A stretch of 60,882 bases of DNA from Burkholderiales bacterium. GTDB taxonomy: Bacteria; Pseudomonadota; Gammaproteobacteria; Burkholderiales; Burkholderiaceae_C. The stretch is taken from contig JAGWTS010000001.1 in NCBI GenBank assembly GCA_028868875.1, forward strand, positions 1 through 60,882, given 5' to 3'. This document shows, piece by piece, positions 1-11,020 of this stretch (its first letter is position 1; each line of letters opens with the position of its first letter). A program made the position numbers and the translations under genes. The notes under the pieces are model-generated. The model did no database searches. It was given only the letters and a program-made list of their open reading frames with translations, and was not told where the DNA came from.

Positions 1-185
1 CCATCCGGCAAGCATGCCGGATGGCCCTCGCGGGCGAGGAACAGTCCGCAGGGACTGTTCCTCGTCGCCGCTCGGCCCCCTGGGGGGGCGCGGCCGGACG
101 CCAGGGCGCGGAAGCGGCCTGGCGCCTGCTGTGCGCCCGACCGCCTGCAAGCGGTCGGGCAGCGCCGAAGGCGCTACGGGGGGGA
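1..185. repeat. Structured intergenic repeat (REP/REPIN-like), family A copy 1
   Basis: Stacked hairpins (ccatccggca-agca-tgccggatgg; gaggaacagtcc-gcag-ggactgttcctc; gcccgaccgc-ctgcaa-gcggtcgggc; agcgcc-gaa-ggcgct). Positions ~76-185 align with ~51989-52100. Confidence 0.7.
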
Positions 186-1085
186 CGTCCAATACTCGGC
201 GTCGCCGTAGCTGTGCTTGATGAAGTCGATCCACAGCCGCACCCGCAGCGGCAGGTGCTTGCGCTGCGGAAACACGGCGTAGATGCCGTTGGGCGGGGCC
301 GCGAAGTCCTCCAGCACCGCCTGCAGGCGCCCGCTCGCGATCTCGCCTTCGACCTCCCAGGTGCTGCGCCAGGCGATGCCCAGGCCGCCCAGGCACCATT
401 CGTGCAGCACCTGGCCGTCGCTGCAGTCCAGGCGCCCGCTCGGGCGCAGGTGCGTGACCTCGCCGTCGACCAGGAAGGCCCAGCCGCGCGACTGGCTCGC
501 GTCCGATGACAAGGTGAGGCATTCGTGGCGGCCGAGCTCGGCCGGAACCACCGGCACGCCGGCGCGCTGCAGGTAGGCCGGCGTCGCCACGCATTGGCGC
601 CGGTTGTCGGCCAGGCGCACGCTGACCAGGCTCGAATCGGGCAGGTCGCCGACGCGCACGGCGCAGTCGAAGCCCTCGTTGACGATGTCGACGACGCGGT
701 CCGAAAGGTTCAGCGACAGGCTCACGTCCGGGTGCTGGGCGATGAAGCGCGGCACCAGCGGCGCGACGTGGCGGCGCCCGAAGCCGGCCGGCGCCGTGAC
801 GCGCAGATGGCCGCTGGCCTTGACCCCGCCGGCGCTGACGCTGGCCTCGGAGTTGGCCAGGTCGGCGAGCACGCGCTGGCAGTCTTCGAGGAAGGCGCTG
901 CCTTCGTGGGTGAGCGAGATCTTGCGCGTCGTGCGCACCAGCAGCTTGACCCCGAGCCGGCCTTCGAGCGCATCGATGCGCCGCCCGATCACCGCCGGGG
1001 CCACGCCTTCGGCATGGGCGGCGGCGGTGAGGCTGCCTTTGACGGCCACGGCGACGAACGACTCGATTTGCTTCAAGCGGTCCAT
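174..1085 (-). CDS. LysR-family transcriptional regulator (CrgA/DmlR-like)
   Basis: N-terminal HTH (GSLTAAA...LEGRLGVKLLVRTTR), substrate domain (VDIVNEGFDCAVRVG), 303 aa, divergent from HAD-glcB. Confidence 0.95.
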   Translation of the reverse strand: MDRLKQIESFVAVAVKGSLTAAAHAEGVAPAVIGRRIDALEGRLGVKLLVRTTRKISLTHEGSAFLEDCQRVLADLANSEASVSAGGVKASGHLRVTAPAGFGRRHVAPLVPRFIAQHPDVSLSLNLSDRVVDIVNEGFDCAVRVGDLPDSSLVSVRLADNRRQCVATPAYLQRAGVPVVPAELGRHECLTLSSDASQSRGWAFLVDGEVTHLRPSGRLDCSDGQVLHEWCLGGLGIAWRSTWEVEGEIASGRLQAVLEDFAAPPNGIYAVFPQRKHLPLRVRLWIDFIKHSYGDAEYWTSPP

Positions 1086-1105
1086 GGCTCGGGATTATGC
1101 GTGGA

Positions 1106-1128
1106 ATTCGCACAAATCCAATGCGAAT
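1106..1128. promoter_or_regulatory. Inverted repeat in divergent lysR/HAD promoter, probable operator
   Basis: ATTCGCA-N9-TGCGAAT in an AT-richer 87-bp intergenic region. Confidence 0.5.
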
Positions 1129-1172
1129 CCAGGTCTTAATGCTGGTCCGCATATCGAATAGATTCACCGGCT

Positions 1173-1841
1173 ATGCAGCCCAAAGCGGTTCTCTTCGATG
1201 CCTACGGCACCTTGTTCGATGTCTACAGCGTCGCGCTGCTGGCCGAGCAGATCTTTCCCGGCCGCGGCGAGCGCCTGGCCCAGCTCTGGCGCGACAAGCA
1301 GATCGAGTACACGCACCTGGTCTCGATGAGCGGGCGCTACAAGCCGTTCTGGGAACTCACGCGCGCCGGCCTGCGCTTCGCCGCGCTGCGCCTGGGGCTG
1401 GCGCTGGACGCCGCGGCCGAAGAGCGGCTGATGAACGAATACCGCCACCTCTCGGCCTTCCCCGAGAACCGCGAGGTGCTCGACGATTTGGCGCGGCGCG
1501 GCGTCCCGGCCGGCATCCTGAGCAACGGCGACCCCGAGATGCTGGGCGTCGCGGTGCGCAGCGCCGGCTTCGGCGACCGCCTCGCCCATGTCCTGAGCGT
1601 GCACGCGCTGCAGCGCTACAAGACCGACCCCGCGGCCTATGCGCTGGGCCCGGCCGCGTTCGGCTGCGCCGCCCGGGACATCCTCTTCGTCTCCAGCAAC
1701 GGCTGGGACGCGATCGGCGCCACCTGGTTCGGCTACACCACGCTCTGGGTGAACCGCGCCGGTGCGCCCCTGGACCAACTCGACACCGAACCCACCCGCA
1801 GCGGGCGCAGCCTGCGCGACGTGCTCGGCTTCTTTTCCTGA
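1173..1841 (+). CDS. Haloacid dehalogenase type II (HAD superfamily)
   Basis: [10 protein letters not shown] motif [23 protein letters not shown]. Confidence 0.92.
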   Translation: MQPKAVLFDAYGTLFDVYSVALLAEQIFPGRGERLAQLWRDKQIEYTHLVSMSGRYKPFWELTRAGLRFAALRLGLALDAAAEERLMNEYRHLSAFPENREVLDDLARRGVPAGILSNGDPEMLGVAVRSAGFGDRLAHVLSVHALQRYKTDPAAYALGPAAFGCAARDILFVSSNGWDAIGATWFGYTTLWVNRAGAPLDQLDTEPTRSGRSLRDVLGFFS

Positions 1842-1863
1842 CCGACCCCGGAAGACCCCCGCC

Positions 1864-4053
1864 ATGCGAACCACCCACCACCGCCTGCAAGTCGACTCGC
1901 TGCTGTCCAGCTTCATCGAGAACCAGGTCCTGCCCGGCACCGGCATCAGCCCGGAAGCCTTCTGGGCCGGCTTCGATGCCCTCGTCGCCGACCTCGCACC
2001 GAAGAACGCCGAACTGCTCGCCGAGCGCGATCGCCTGCAGACGGAACTCGACGCCTGGCACCGCAAGCACCCGGGGCCGATCCGCAACATGGCGCGCTAC
2101 CAGGCCTTTCTGCGCAAGATCGGCTACCTCGTGCCGGTGCCCGAGAAGGTGCGGGTGACGACGCGCAACGTCGACAGCGAACTCGCGGTGCAGGCCGGGC
2201 CGCAGCTCGTGGTGCCGATCACGAACGCGCGCTACGCCCTGAATGCGGCGAACGCGCGCTGGGGCTCGCTCTACGACGCGCTCTACGGTACCGACGCCCT
2301 GCCCGAGGGCGACGGCGCCGAGCGCGGTGCGGCCTACAACCCGGTGCGCGGGGCCAAGGTCATCGACTACGCGCGCCACGTGCTCGACCGCACCGCGCCG
2401 CTGGCGCGCGGCTCGCACGTCGGCTCGACCGGCTACCGGGTCGAGGACGGCCAGCTCCTGGTGCGCCTGGCCGACGGCAGCCACGCGCTGCTGAAGAACC
2501 GCGGCCAGTTCGTCGGCTTCCAGGGCGATGCGGCGGCGCCCACGTCGGTGCTGCTGGCGCACCACGGCCTGCACCTCGATATCCGCATCGACCGCAGCAC
2601 CCCGATCGGGCGCAGCGACGCCGCCGGCGTCTCGGACCTGGTGGTCGAGGCGGCTCTGTCCACCATCCTCGACCTCGAAGACTCGGTCGCGGTCGTCGAC
2701 GGCGCCGACAAGGTGCTGGCCTACGGCAACTGGCTCGGCATCCTCAAGGGCACGCTGACCGAGGAAGTGAGCAAGGGCGGCAAGACCTTCACGCGCGGCC
2801 TCAACCCGGACCGCCGCTACAACGGACCCGGCGGCGAAGACGTGGTGCTGCACGGGCGCTCGCTGCTCTTCGTGCGCAACGTCGGCCACCTGATGACGAA
2901 CCCGGCCGTGCTCTGGGGCGACGAAGGGCGCGAGATTCCGGAAGGCATCCTCGACGCGGTGGTCACGGTGACGATCGCGCTGCACGACCTGCAGCGCCAC
3001 GGCGCGAACGGCCTCGTCAACTCGCGCCGCGGCTCGGTCTACATCGTCAAACCGAAGATGCACGGCCCGGCCGAGGTGGCTTTCGCGAGCGAGCTCTTCG
3101 GCCGCGTCGAGCAGATGCTGGGCCTGCCCAGGGCGACCGTGAAGCTGGGCATCATGGACGAGGAGCGCCGCACCAGCGTCAACCTCAAGGCCTGCATCGC
3201 CGCCGCCGCCGACCGCGTCGCCTTCATCAACACCGGCTTCCTCGACCGCACCGGCGACGAGATGCACACCGCGATGCAGGCCGGGCCGATGCGGCGCAAG
3301 GGCGACATGAAGACGAGCGAGTGGATCCTGGCCTACGAGCGCAGCAACGTGCTCGTCGGGCTGGAATGCGGCTTGCGCGGCAAGGCCCAGATCGGCAAGG
3401 GCATGTGGGCCATGCCCGACCTGATGGCGGCCATGCTGCAGCAGAAGATCGGCCACCCGCTGGCCGGCGCCAACACCGCCTGGGTGCCGAGCCCGACGGC
3501 GGCGACGCTGCACGCGCTGCACTATCACCAGGTGGACGTGGCCAAGGTGCAGAAGGCGCTCGAGCGCGAGGACGTGAACGCCCTGCGCCCGGCCCTGCTC
3601 GAAGGCCTGCTCACGGTTCCGGTGGTGAAGAAGCCCAAGTGGAGCGAGGCCGAGCGCCAGCAGGAGCTGGACAACAACGCCCAGGGCATCCTCGGCTACG
3701 TCGTGCGCTGGATCGACCAGGGCGTGGGTTGCTCCAAGGTGCCCGACATCCACAACATCGGCCTCATGGAAGACCGGGCGACGCTGCGCATCAGCAGCCA
3801 GCACATGGCGAACTGGCTGCACCACGGCGTCGTCACCAAGGCCCAGGTGCGCAGCACCTTGAAGCGCATGGCCAAGGTCGTCGACCGCCAGAACGCGCTC
3901 GACCCGGCCTACCGCAACATGGCCGGGCGCTTCTCGGAATCGGCCGCCTTCCAGGCCGCGAGCGACCTCGTGTTCAAGGGCCTGGCCCAGCCCAGCGGCT
4001 ACACCGAGCCGCTGCTGCACGCCGCGCGCCTGAAGGTCAAGGCGGCGGGCTAG
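1864..4053 (+). CDS. glcB: Malate synthase G
   Basis: [64 protein letters not shown]. Start taken at ATG 1864. Confidence 0.97.
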   Translation: MRTTHHRLQVDSLLSSFIENQVLPGTGISPEAFWAGFDALVADLAPKNAELLAERDRLQTELDAWHRKHPGPIRNMARYQAFLRKIGYLVPVPEKVRVTTRNVDSELAVQAGPQLVVPITNARYALNAANARWGSLYDALYGTDALPEGDGAERGAAYNPVRGAKVIDYARHVLDRTAPLARGSHVGSTGYRVEDGQLLVRLADGSHALLKNRGQFVGFQGDAAAPTSVLLAHHGLHLDIRIDRSTPIGRSDAAGVSDLVVEAALSTILDLEDSVAVVDGADKVLAYGNWLGILKGTLTEEVSKGGKTFTRGLNPDRRYNGPGGEDVVLHGRSLLFVRNVGHLMTNPAVLWGDEGREIPEGILDAVVTVTIALHDLQRHGANGLVNSRRGSVYIVKPKMHGPAEVAFASELFGRVEQMLGLPRATVKLGIMDEERRTSVNLKACIAAAADRVAFINTGFLDRTGDEMHTAMQAGPMRRKGDMKTSEWILAYERSNVLVGLECGLRGKAQIGKGMWAMPDLMAAMLQQKIGHPLAGANTAWVPSPTAATLHALHYHQVDVAKVQKALEREDVNALRPALLEGLLTVPVVKKPKWSEAERQQELDNNAQGILGYVVRWIDQGVGCSKVPDIHNIGLMEDRATLRISSQHMANWLHHGVVTKAQVRSTLKRMAKVVDRQNALDPAYRNMAGRFSESAAFQAASDLVFKGLAQPSGYTEPLLHAARLKVKAAG

Positions 4054-4096
4054 GCCGACCCCGCTCGCCCGCGCGGGCGGCTGCGCGCCGATTCAT

Positions 4097-4200
4097 GAGT
4101 TGAACCGGCTTTGCCGGGCGACTCATGCCCCATGGCCACGAAGGGGCCCCAGGTGGCCCTCGGGGGGCCTGACGCGAAGCGGCAGGTCTGGGGGCGCTCT
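4097..4200. repeat. Structured intergenic repeat, family B copy 1
   Basis: Between convergent genes. cccatggccacgaaggggccccaggtggccct...ctgggggcgctc matches 46328-46370; also carries ccggctttgccgg, seen again at ~51964. Confidence 0.6.
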
Positions 4201-4580
4201 CAACTCGGCGTCGGCCGCCCTTCCATCCGGTCGTGGGCGAGGAAGAACTTGCGCGCGAGCGCGATGATCTGGTTCTCGCTTTGCTGCTCGCTCGTCTGGT
4301 AGGCGACGATGTGCTGCGCCGTCGCCGGCCGGTGCTTCTTCGCGTAATGCTGGAAGTCGGCCAGGCCGGTGTGCGGCCCCAGGACCAGCACTTCGGCGAT
4401 GCCTTCGAGCGCATCGCAGACATGGGCGAAGAACTCGTGCTCGGTGCGCACCTGGCTGCCGTGGGTGCGCGAATGGCGGCTGCTCGCCTTCACGGTATGG
4501 GCTTGGACGTGTTCGAGGTCGAATTGAAGGATCTGGGCACTCTGGTGGTCGATCCAGAGCGCAGCATGAAAAGTGGTCAT
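4200..4580 (-). CDS. Small eRF1-domain-like 'translational machinery' protein
   Basis: MTTFHAALWIDHQSAQIL...EVLVLGPHTG...QIIALARKFF, 126 aa, resembles bacterial release-factor-like small proteins. Confidence 0.7.
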   Translation of the reverse strand: MTTFHAALWIDHQSAQILQFDLEHVQAHTVKASSRHSRTHGSQVRTEHEFFAHVCDALEGIAEVLVLGPHTGLADFQHYAKKHRPATAQHIVAYQTSEQQSENQIIALARKFFLAHDRMEGRPTPS

Positions 4581-4612
4581 CGGGTCTTTCGTCTCGGTTT
4601 CGGGTGGGGGGG

Positions 4613-4990
4613 TCAGGCGCGCCGGGCGCGCTCGTCGAGGCTTTCGCATTCCACGCAGCGCAGGGCCCAGGGTTCGGCCTTCAGGCGGTCGAACGGGATT
4701 TCGCCTTCGCAGTCGCGGCACAGGCCGTAGCGGTCGCTCCGGAGCCGGGCGAGCGCCGCCGACACCTCGCCCGCCTCGCGCAGTTCGAGGTCCGACAGCG
4801 CCATGTCGATCTCGCGCGCGCCTTCGCGCTGCGGCGCTTCGCGCACGTCTTCGAGCAGCACCTCGCGCGCGTGCTCGGCTCGCGACAAGCCTTGCTGCAG
4901 CGCATCCAGGCTGCGCTCGAGCTGGTGCTGGCGTTGCACCAGTGCGGCTTCGAGCAAGGCCTTCTGGCCGGGCGTCAGGTGGGCACTCAT
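4613..4990 (-). CDS. TraR/DksA C4-type zinc finger protein
   Basis: Coiled coil followed by YGLCRDCEGEIPFDRLKAEPWALRCVEC. ATG 4990 with GGAG upstream. Confidence 0.9.
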   Translation of the reverse strand: MSAHLTPGQKALLEAALVQRQHQLERSLDALQQGLSRAEHAREVLLEDVREAPQREGAREIDMALSDLELREAGEVSAALARLRSDRYGLCRDCEGEIPFDRLKAEPWALRCVECESLDERARRA

Positions 4991-5085
4991 CGTATTTCTC
5001 CAGGTTCCGCGTCGATCATGCGCCGTGCACCGGTCGCCCCGCTTGAGGCCGGTCAAGGAGTTGCGCTGCCTACAATCGTGGCTCC

Positions 5086-6330
5086 ATGACGACGAACGAA
5101 ACCGCGCCCGGGCTTGCTGTCGAACCCCCGTTCGCTTGCGAGGTGCTCGTCGTCGGCGCCGGCCCGGCCGGCAGCGCCTGCGCGCGCCAGCTCGCGGAGC
5201 GCGGCCACGAGGTGGTGCTGGTCGACCAGCACGTGTTTCCGCGCGACAAGATCTGCGGCGACGGCCTCATCCCCGATGCCCACGCCGCGCTCCAGAAGCT
5301 GGGCAGCTACGACGAGGTGATGGCGGCGGCACTGCCGGTCTCGCTGGTGCGCTGCGTCGCGCCGCGCGGCGGCTACGTCGACGTGCCCGGGCGCATGGCG
5401 GTGCTGCCGCGCAGGCAGCTCGACCTGATCCTGTGCAACGCGGCGCAGCAGGCAGGCGCCCGCCTCGTCGCCCCGGCGCGCTTCGAGGCGCCGATCGTCG
5501 AAGGCGAGCGCGTCGTCGGCGCGCGCCTGAAGCTGGGCGAGCGCACGCATGAAATCCGCGCGCGCTGGGTCGTGCTCGCCACCGGTGCCGTGCCGCGCGC
5601 CCTCATCGCCGCCGGCGTCTGCGAGCGCCAGACGCCCAGCGGCGTGGCCTTGCGCGGCTACGTCAAGAACGAGGCCATGGTCGGGCGCATCAGCCAGCTC
5701 CAGCTCGTCTGGCATCCGCGGCTGTCGGGCGGCTACGGCTGGATCTTCCCGGCCCCGGGCGGCGTCTTCAACATCGGCGCCGGCCTCACCGGCAGCCACC
5801 TGCCCGGGCGCAATGGCCGCCACGCGATGCAGGACGTGAACCTGCGCCAGATGTTCGACGCCTTCTGCGAGGTCCACGCCCCGGCGCGCGAACTCATGGC
5901 CGGCGGCACCGTGGTCGGCGAAATCAAGGGCGCGCCGCTGCGCTGCTCGCTCGTCGGCGCGAAGTGGTCGCGCCCGGGCCTGCTCGTCACCGGCGAGGCC
6001 GCCGGCAGCACCTATGCGTTCTCGGGCGAAGGCATCGGCAAGGCGCTCGAGACCGGGTTGCTCGCGGCCGAGGCCCTGGCGCCGGGCCTGGCCGACGCCG
6101 CCGCGGTGCGCGAGCGCTACGAAGCCTCGATGCGCGCTTTGCGCCCGCGCTTCGCCTTGTACGAAAAGGCGGCGCACGTGAACCACCGGCCCTGGCTCGC
6201 CGACCTCGTGGTCTGGCGCGCCAACAAGAGCCCGCGCATCCTGCGCCGCATGAGCGGGGTGCTCGAGGAAACCCAGAACCCGGGCCGGCTGCTGAGCTGG
6301 CGCGGCCTCACCAAGCTGATGTTCGAATGA
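5086..6330 (+). CDS. Geranylgeranyl-reductase-family FAD-dependent oxidoreductase
   Basis: VVGAGPAG, PRDKICGDGL, GYGWIFP, GEAAG...GEGIGKAL. Confidence 0.88.
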   Translation: MTTNETAPGLAVEPPFACEVLVVGAGPAGSACARQLAERGHEVVLVDQHVFPRDKICGDGLIPDAHAALQKLGSYDEVMAAALPVSLVRCVAPRGGYVDVPGRMAVLPRRQLDLILCNAAQQAGARLVAPARFEAPIVEGERVVGARLKLGERTHEIRARWVVLATGAVPRALIAAGVCERQTPSGVALRGYVKNEAMVGRISQLQLVWHPRLSGGYGWIFPAPGGVFNIGAGLTGSHLPGRNGRHAMQDVNLRQMFDAFCEVHAPARELMAGGTVVGEIKGAPLRCSLVGAKWSRPGLLVTGEAAGSTYAFSGEGIGKALETGLLAAEALAPGLADAAAVRERYEASMRALRPRFALYEKAAHVNHRPWLADLVVWRANKSPRILRRMSGVLEETQNPGRLLSWRGLTKLMFE

Positions 6331-6345
6331 AAGCCGGCTGACGCG

Positions 6346-7101
6346 ATGTGCCAACTGCTGGGCATGAACGCGAACACGCCGACCGACGTGATGTTCAGCT
6401 TCGCCGGCCTCGCCTGCCGTGCCGACGAGCACAAGGACGGCTTCGGCATCGCCTTCTTCGAAGACCGCGGGCTGCGCCACTTCATCGACCACCACAGCGC
6501 GCGCACGAGCCCGGTGGCCGAGCTCGTCAAGCGCTACCCGATCAAGAGCGACAACGTCATCGCCCACATCCGCAAGGCGACGCAGGGGCGGGTGGCGCTG
6601 GAGAACGCGCACCCCTTCGTGCGCGAGCTCTGGGGCCGCTACTGGGTGTTCGCCCACAACGGCGACCTGAAGGACTTCAGACCGCGCCTGCACGGCGCCT
6701 TCCGCCCGGTGGGCGACACCGACAGCGAGCGCGCCTTCTGCTGGTTGATGCAGGAGCTGGCGAAGTCGCACGCCGGCGTGCCGAGCGTGGCCGAGCTCAC
6801 GCGCACCTTGGCCGAGTTGCTGCCGCAGCCGGCGCGCCACGGCACTTTCAACGTGCTGCTCTCGAACGGCCAGGCCTTGTGGGCGCGCTGTTCGACCCAT
6901 CTTCATGCGCTGGAGAGACGCCATCCCTTCGGTGCGGCCCAGCTCGCCGACGAGGACCTGAGCGTCGATTTCGCCGCCCTCACGACGCCGGGCGACCGCG
7001 TCGCCGTCGTCGCGACCGAGCCGCTCACCACCGGCGAGCCCTGGTCGGCGTTCGCGCCGGGCGAGCTGCGCGTGTTCCGCGGCGGCTGCGCGGTGGCCTG
7101 A
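6346..7101 (+). CDS. Class II glutamine amidotransferase (YafJ-like)
   Basis: N-terminal MCQLLGM (Ntn Cys), DGFGIAF, AHIRKATQG, HPFVRE, FAHNG, GDTDSE. Confidence 0.92.
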   Translation: MCQLLGMNANTPTDVMFSFAGLACRADEHKDGFGIAFFEDRGLRHFIDHHSARTSPVAELVKRYPIKSDNVIAHIRKATQGRVALENAHPFVRELWGRYWVFAHNGDLKDFRPRLHGAFRPVGDTDSERAFCWLMQELAKSHAGVPSVAELTRTLAELLPQPARHGTFNVLLSNGQALWARCSTHLHALERRHPFGAAQLADEDLSVDFAALTTPGDRVAVVATEPLTTGEPWSAFAPGELRVFRGGCAVA

Positions 7102-7123
7102 GCGCATCCCGGAGCCTGCCTTC

Positions 7124-8821
7124 ATGCCGATGCTTCCCGTCCCGCGCTTCGACCAGTTCTACCGCCACGCCGAACTCACGCGCCTGCTGCAGGACTACGC
7201 CGCGGCGCTGCCCGGCCTCGTGACGCTGGCCGCGCTCGGCCGCAGCCACGAGGGGCGCGAGATCTGGCTCGTCACGCTGACCGAGGCCGCGACCGGCGCC
7301 GACACCGACAAGCCGGCGATCTGGATCGACGGCAACATCCACGCCGCCGAGCTCACCGCCGGCACCGCCTGCCTGTACTGGCTGCACCAGCTCGCGAGCG
7401 GCTTCGAAGCGAACGACCCGACAGTGCGCCATCTGCTGGCCACGCGCACGGTCTACCTCTGCCCGCGCCTGAACCCCGACGGCGCCGAACTCGCGCTCGC
7501 CGACCGGCCGCGCCATATCCGCTCGTCGACCCGGCCCTACCCCTACGACGAACAGCCGGTCGATGGCCTCACCGTCGAGGACGTGGACGGCGATGGCCGC
7601 ATCCTCTACATGCGCCTGCCCGATCCGCACGGCCCCTGGAAGAAGCACCCCGACGAGCCGCGCCTGATGGTGGCGCGCGAGCCGGGCGAGTTCGGCGGCG
7701 AGTACTACCGGGTGCTGCCAGAAGGCACGCTGCAGAACTGGGACGGGCTGACCCTGCGCGCCAACAAGGACCGCGAAGGGCTGGACCTGAACCGCAACTT
7801 CCCTGCCTTCTGGCGCCAGGAGTTCGAGCAGGCCGGCGCCGGCCCCTACCCGACGAGCGAGCCCGAGGTGCGGGCGATGGTCGACTTCGTCGCGCGGCAC
7901 CCGAACATCGGCGCCGCGGTGAGCTTTCACACCCACAGCGGCGTGATCCTGCGGCCGATGGGCACGCAAAGCGACACCGACATGACGCCCGAGGACTTGT
8001 GGCTCTACAAGCGCTTCTCGGACATCGGCAGCAAGCTCAGCGGCTACCCGGCGATCAGCATCTTCCACGACTTCAAGTACCACCCGAAGGAAATCATCAC
8101 CGGCACCCAGGACTGGATCTACGAGCACCTGGGCGCGCTGTTCTGGACCGTCGAGCTCTGGGCCCCGAACCGCGAAGCCGGCATCACCGGCTACCAATGG
8201 GTGGAGTGGTACCGCGAGCACCCGGTCGAAGACGACCTGAAGCTGCTGAAGTGGAGCGACGAGCAGTGCGGCGGCCAGGCCCATGTGCCCTGGACGCCGT
8301 TCGAGCACCCGCAGCTGGGGTCGGTCGAGATCGGCGGCTGGGACCGCATGAACTACTGGCGCAACCCGCCGCCGGCGCTGCGCGAGCGCGAAGCCGCGCG
8401 CTTTCCGGCCTGGCTGACGCAGATCGCCTTGTCGCTGCCGCGCCTGGAAGTGCTGCGCACGGAGGTGCATGCCCTCGGCCCCGACACGTGGCGCGTGCGC
8501 TTCGCGGTCGCCAACAGCGGTTGGCTGCCTTCGAACGTGACGCGGCGCGCGATCGAGCGCAAGACGGTGCGCGGCACGGTGTTCCAGATCCACCTGCCGG
8601 CGGGCGTGACGCTGGTGGGCGGGCGCGAGCGCGTCGAGGGCCCGCACCTCGAAGGCCATGCGCCCAAGGCCTCGCTCCAGGCCTTCCTGCCGAACCGCGA
8701 GCTCAGCGCCGACCGCGCCGTCGTCGAATGGGTGGTGCAGGGCGCGCGCGGCAGCGCGGTCGCGCTCAGCGCCACGGCCGATCGCGCGGGCAGCGTCCAC
8801 ACCACCGTCACGCTGGACTGA
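7124..8821 (+). CDS. M14 family zinc carboxypeptidase
   Basis: DGNIHAAE (HxxE), NPDG, DLNRNFP, SEPE, SFHTH. Confidence 0.9.
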   Translation: MPMLPVPRFDQFYRHAELTRLLQDYAAALPGLVTLAALGRSHEGREIWLVTLTEAATGADTDKPAIWIDGNIHAAELTAGTACLYWLHQLASGFEANDPTVRHLLATRTVYLCPRLNPDGAELALADRPRHIRSSTRPYPYDEQPVDGLTVEDVDGDGRILYMRLPDPHGPWKKHPDEPRLMVAREPGEFGGEYYRVLPEGTLQNWDGLTLRANKDREGLDLNRNFPAFWRQEFEQAGAGPYPTSEPEVRAMVDFVARHPNIGAAVSFHTHSGVILRPMGTQSDTDMTPEDLWLYKRFSDIGSKLSGYPAISIFHDFKYHPKEIITGTQDWIYEHLGALFWTVELWAPNREAGITGYQWVEWYREHPVEDDLKLLKWSDEQCGGQAHVPWTPFEHPQLGSVEIGGWDRMNYWRNPPPALREREAARFPAWLTQIALSLPRLEVLRTEVHALGPDTWRVRFAVANSGWLPSNVTRRAIERKTVRGTVFQIHLPAGVTLVGGRERVEGPHLEGHAPKASLQAFLPNRELSADRAVVEWVVQGARGSAVALSATADRAGSVHTTVTLD

Positions 8822-8828
8822 GCCCGGA

Positions 8829-8933
8829 CACAAGGCCCCGACTGCTCGGGGCCTTGTGCCAGGCGAAGGCCCTTGCGCGTCCCGCGCGCAAGGGCGCCGA
8901 GCCCGCGCGGCAGGCCCCGACTGCTCGGGGCCT
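8829..8933. repeat. Cluster of three hairpins with a duplicated REP-like palindrome
   Basis: aggccccga-ctgc-tcggggcct occurs at ~8833-8854 and 8912-8933, flanking a third hairpin (gcccttgcgcg...cgcgcaagggc). Confidence 0.7.
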
Positions 8934-9000
8934 TCTGATCGTCGCAGCCTCGTCCCGCGCCGCCGATCCGGCCTCGGATTGCCATTCCGAGATGCCGGGC

Positions 9001-9080
9001 AAGTTTTATAACTAATTGATTTAATTAGTAAAAATGCAATCACAACAGCGGCATGCCGCTTTTGTGACAAACGTTGTCGA
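9001..9080 (+). promoter_or_regulatory. AT-rich promoter region of the ABC/catabolic operon with two palindromes
   Basis: ACTAATT-N5-AATTAGT (9011-9029) and CACAA-C-AGCGGC-AT-GCCGCT-T-TTGTG (9041-9066). Confidence 0.5.
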
Positions 9081-9173
9081 GCCCGTGCTAACGAGCTCAC
9101 AGACCCCGCGCCTATCCTTTTCGCCAGAGCAGTTCAACGCCAAAGAGAGCCCTTCGGGAGCTCAGGAGACATC

Positions 9174-9895
9174 GTGGAAACCCTTGCGTTCATCTGGGAC
9201 AACCTGGCCCCGATCGGCAGGATGACCGTCGATCACATCGAGATCGTCGGCGTCGGTGTCGGCTTCGCCATCCTCACCGGCGTGCCGCTGGGCATCGCCA
9301 TCACGACCAACGAGCGCGCGGCCAAGCTCGTCCTGTACATCGCCTCGATCATCGTCACGGTTCCGTCGGTGGCGCTGTTCGGCTTCATGATCCCGGTGCT
9401 CTCGCTCATCGGCCAGGGGATCGGGTTCCTGCCCACGGTCATCGCGCTGTTTCTCTACTCGCAGTTGCCGATTGTGCGCAACACCTACGCGGCGATCACG
9501 AACATCGACCCCGCCTTGCGCGAAGCCGCGCGCGGCATGGGCATGAAGACTGGCGAGCGCCTGCGCAAGGTGGAGATCCCGATCGCGCTGCCGATCATCA
9601 TGGCCGGCGTGCGCATGGCCGTCGTCATCAACGTCGGCATCGCGGCGATCGCGGTCTACATCGGCGCCGGCGGCCTGGGCAAGCTCATCAGCCGCGGCAT
9701 CTCGCAGTCCGACCCGCGCCAGCTCATCGCCGGCGCCATCCTCATCAGCGTGCTGGCGATTGCGGCCGACTTCGCCCTCGGCTGGGTTCAGTGGCTGCTC
9801 ACGTCCAAAGGCCTTCGCAGTCCGTCCCTCGCGGCCCGCATCGCCCGGCGCTTCGGCGCGTCGGCGGGCCCCCGCAGCCAACCCCAACAGGCGCA

Positions 9896-9899
<4 letters not shown>
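9174..9899 (+). CDS. Osmoprotectant/quaternary-amine ABC transporter permease
   Basis: PSVALFG, EAA loop (EAARGMGM), IGAGGLG. GTG start after AGGAG. Confidence 0.92.
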
Positions 9900-11016
<1,117 letters not shown>

Positions 11017-11020
<4 letters not shown>

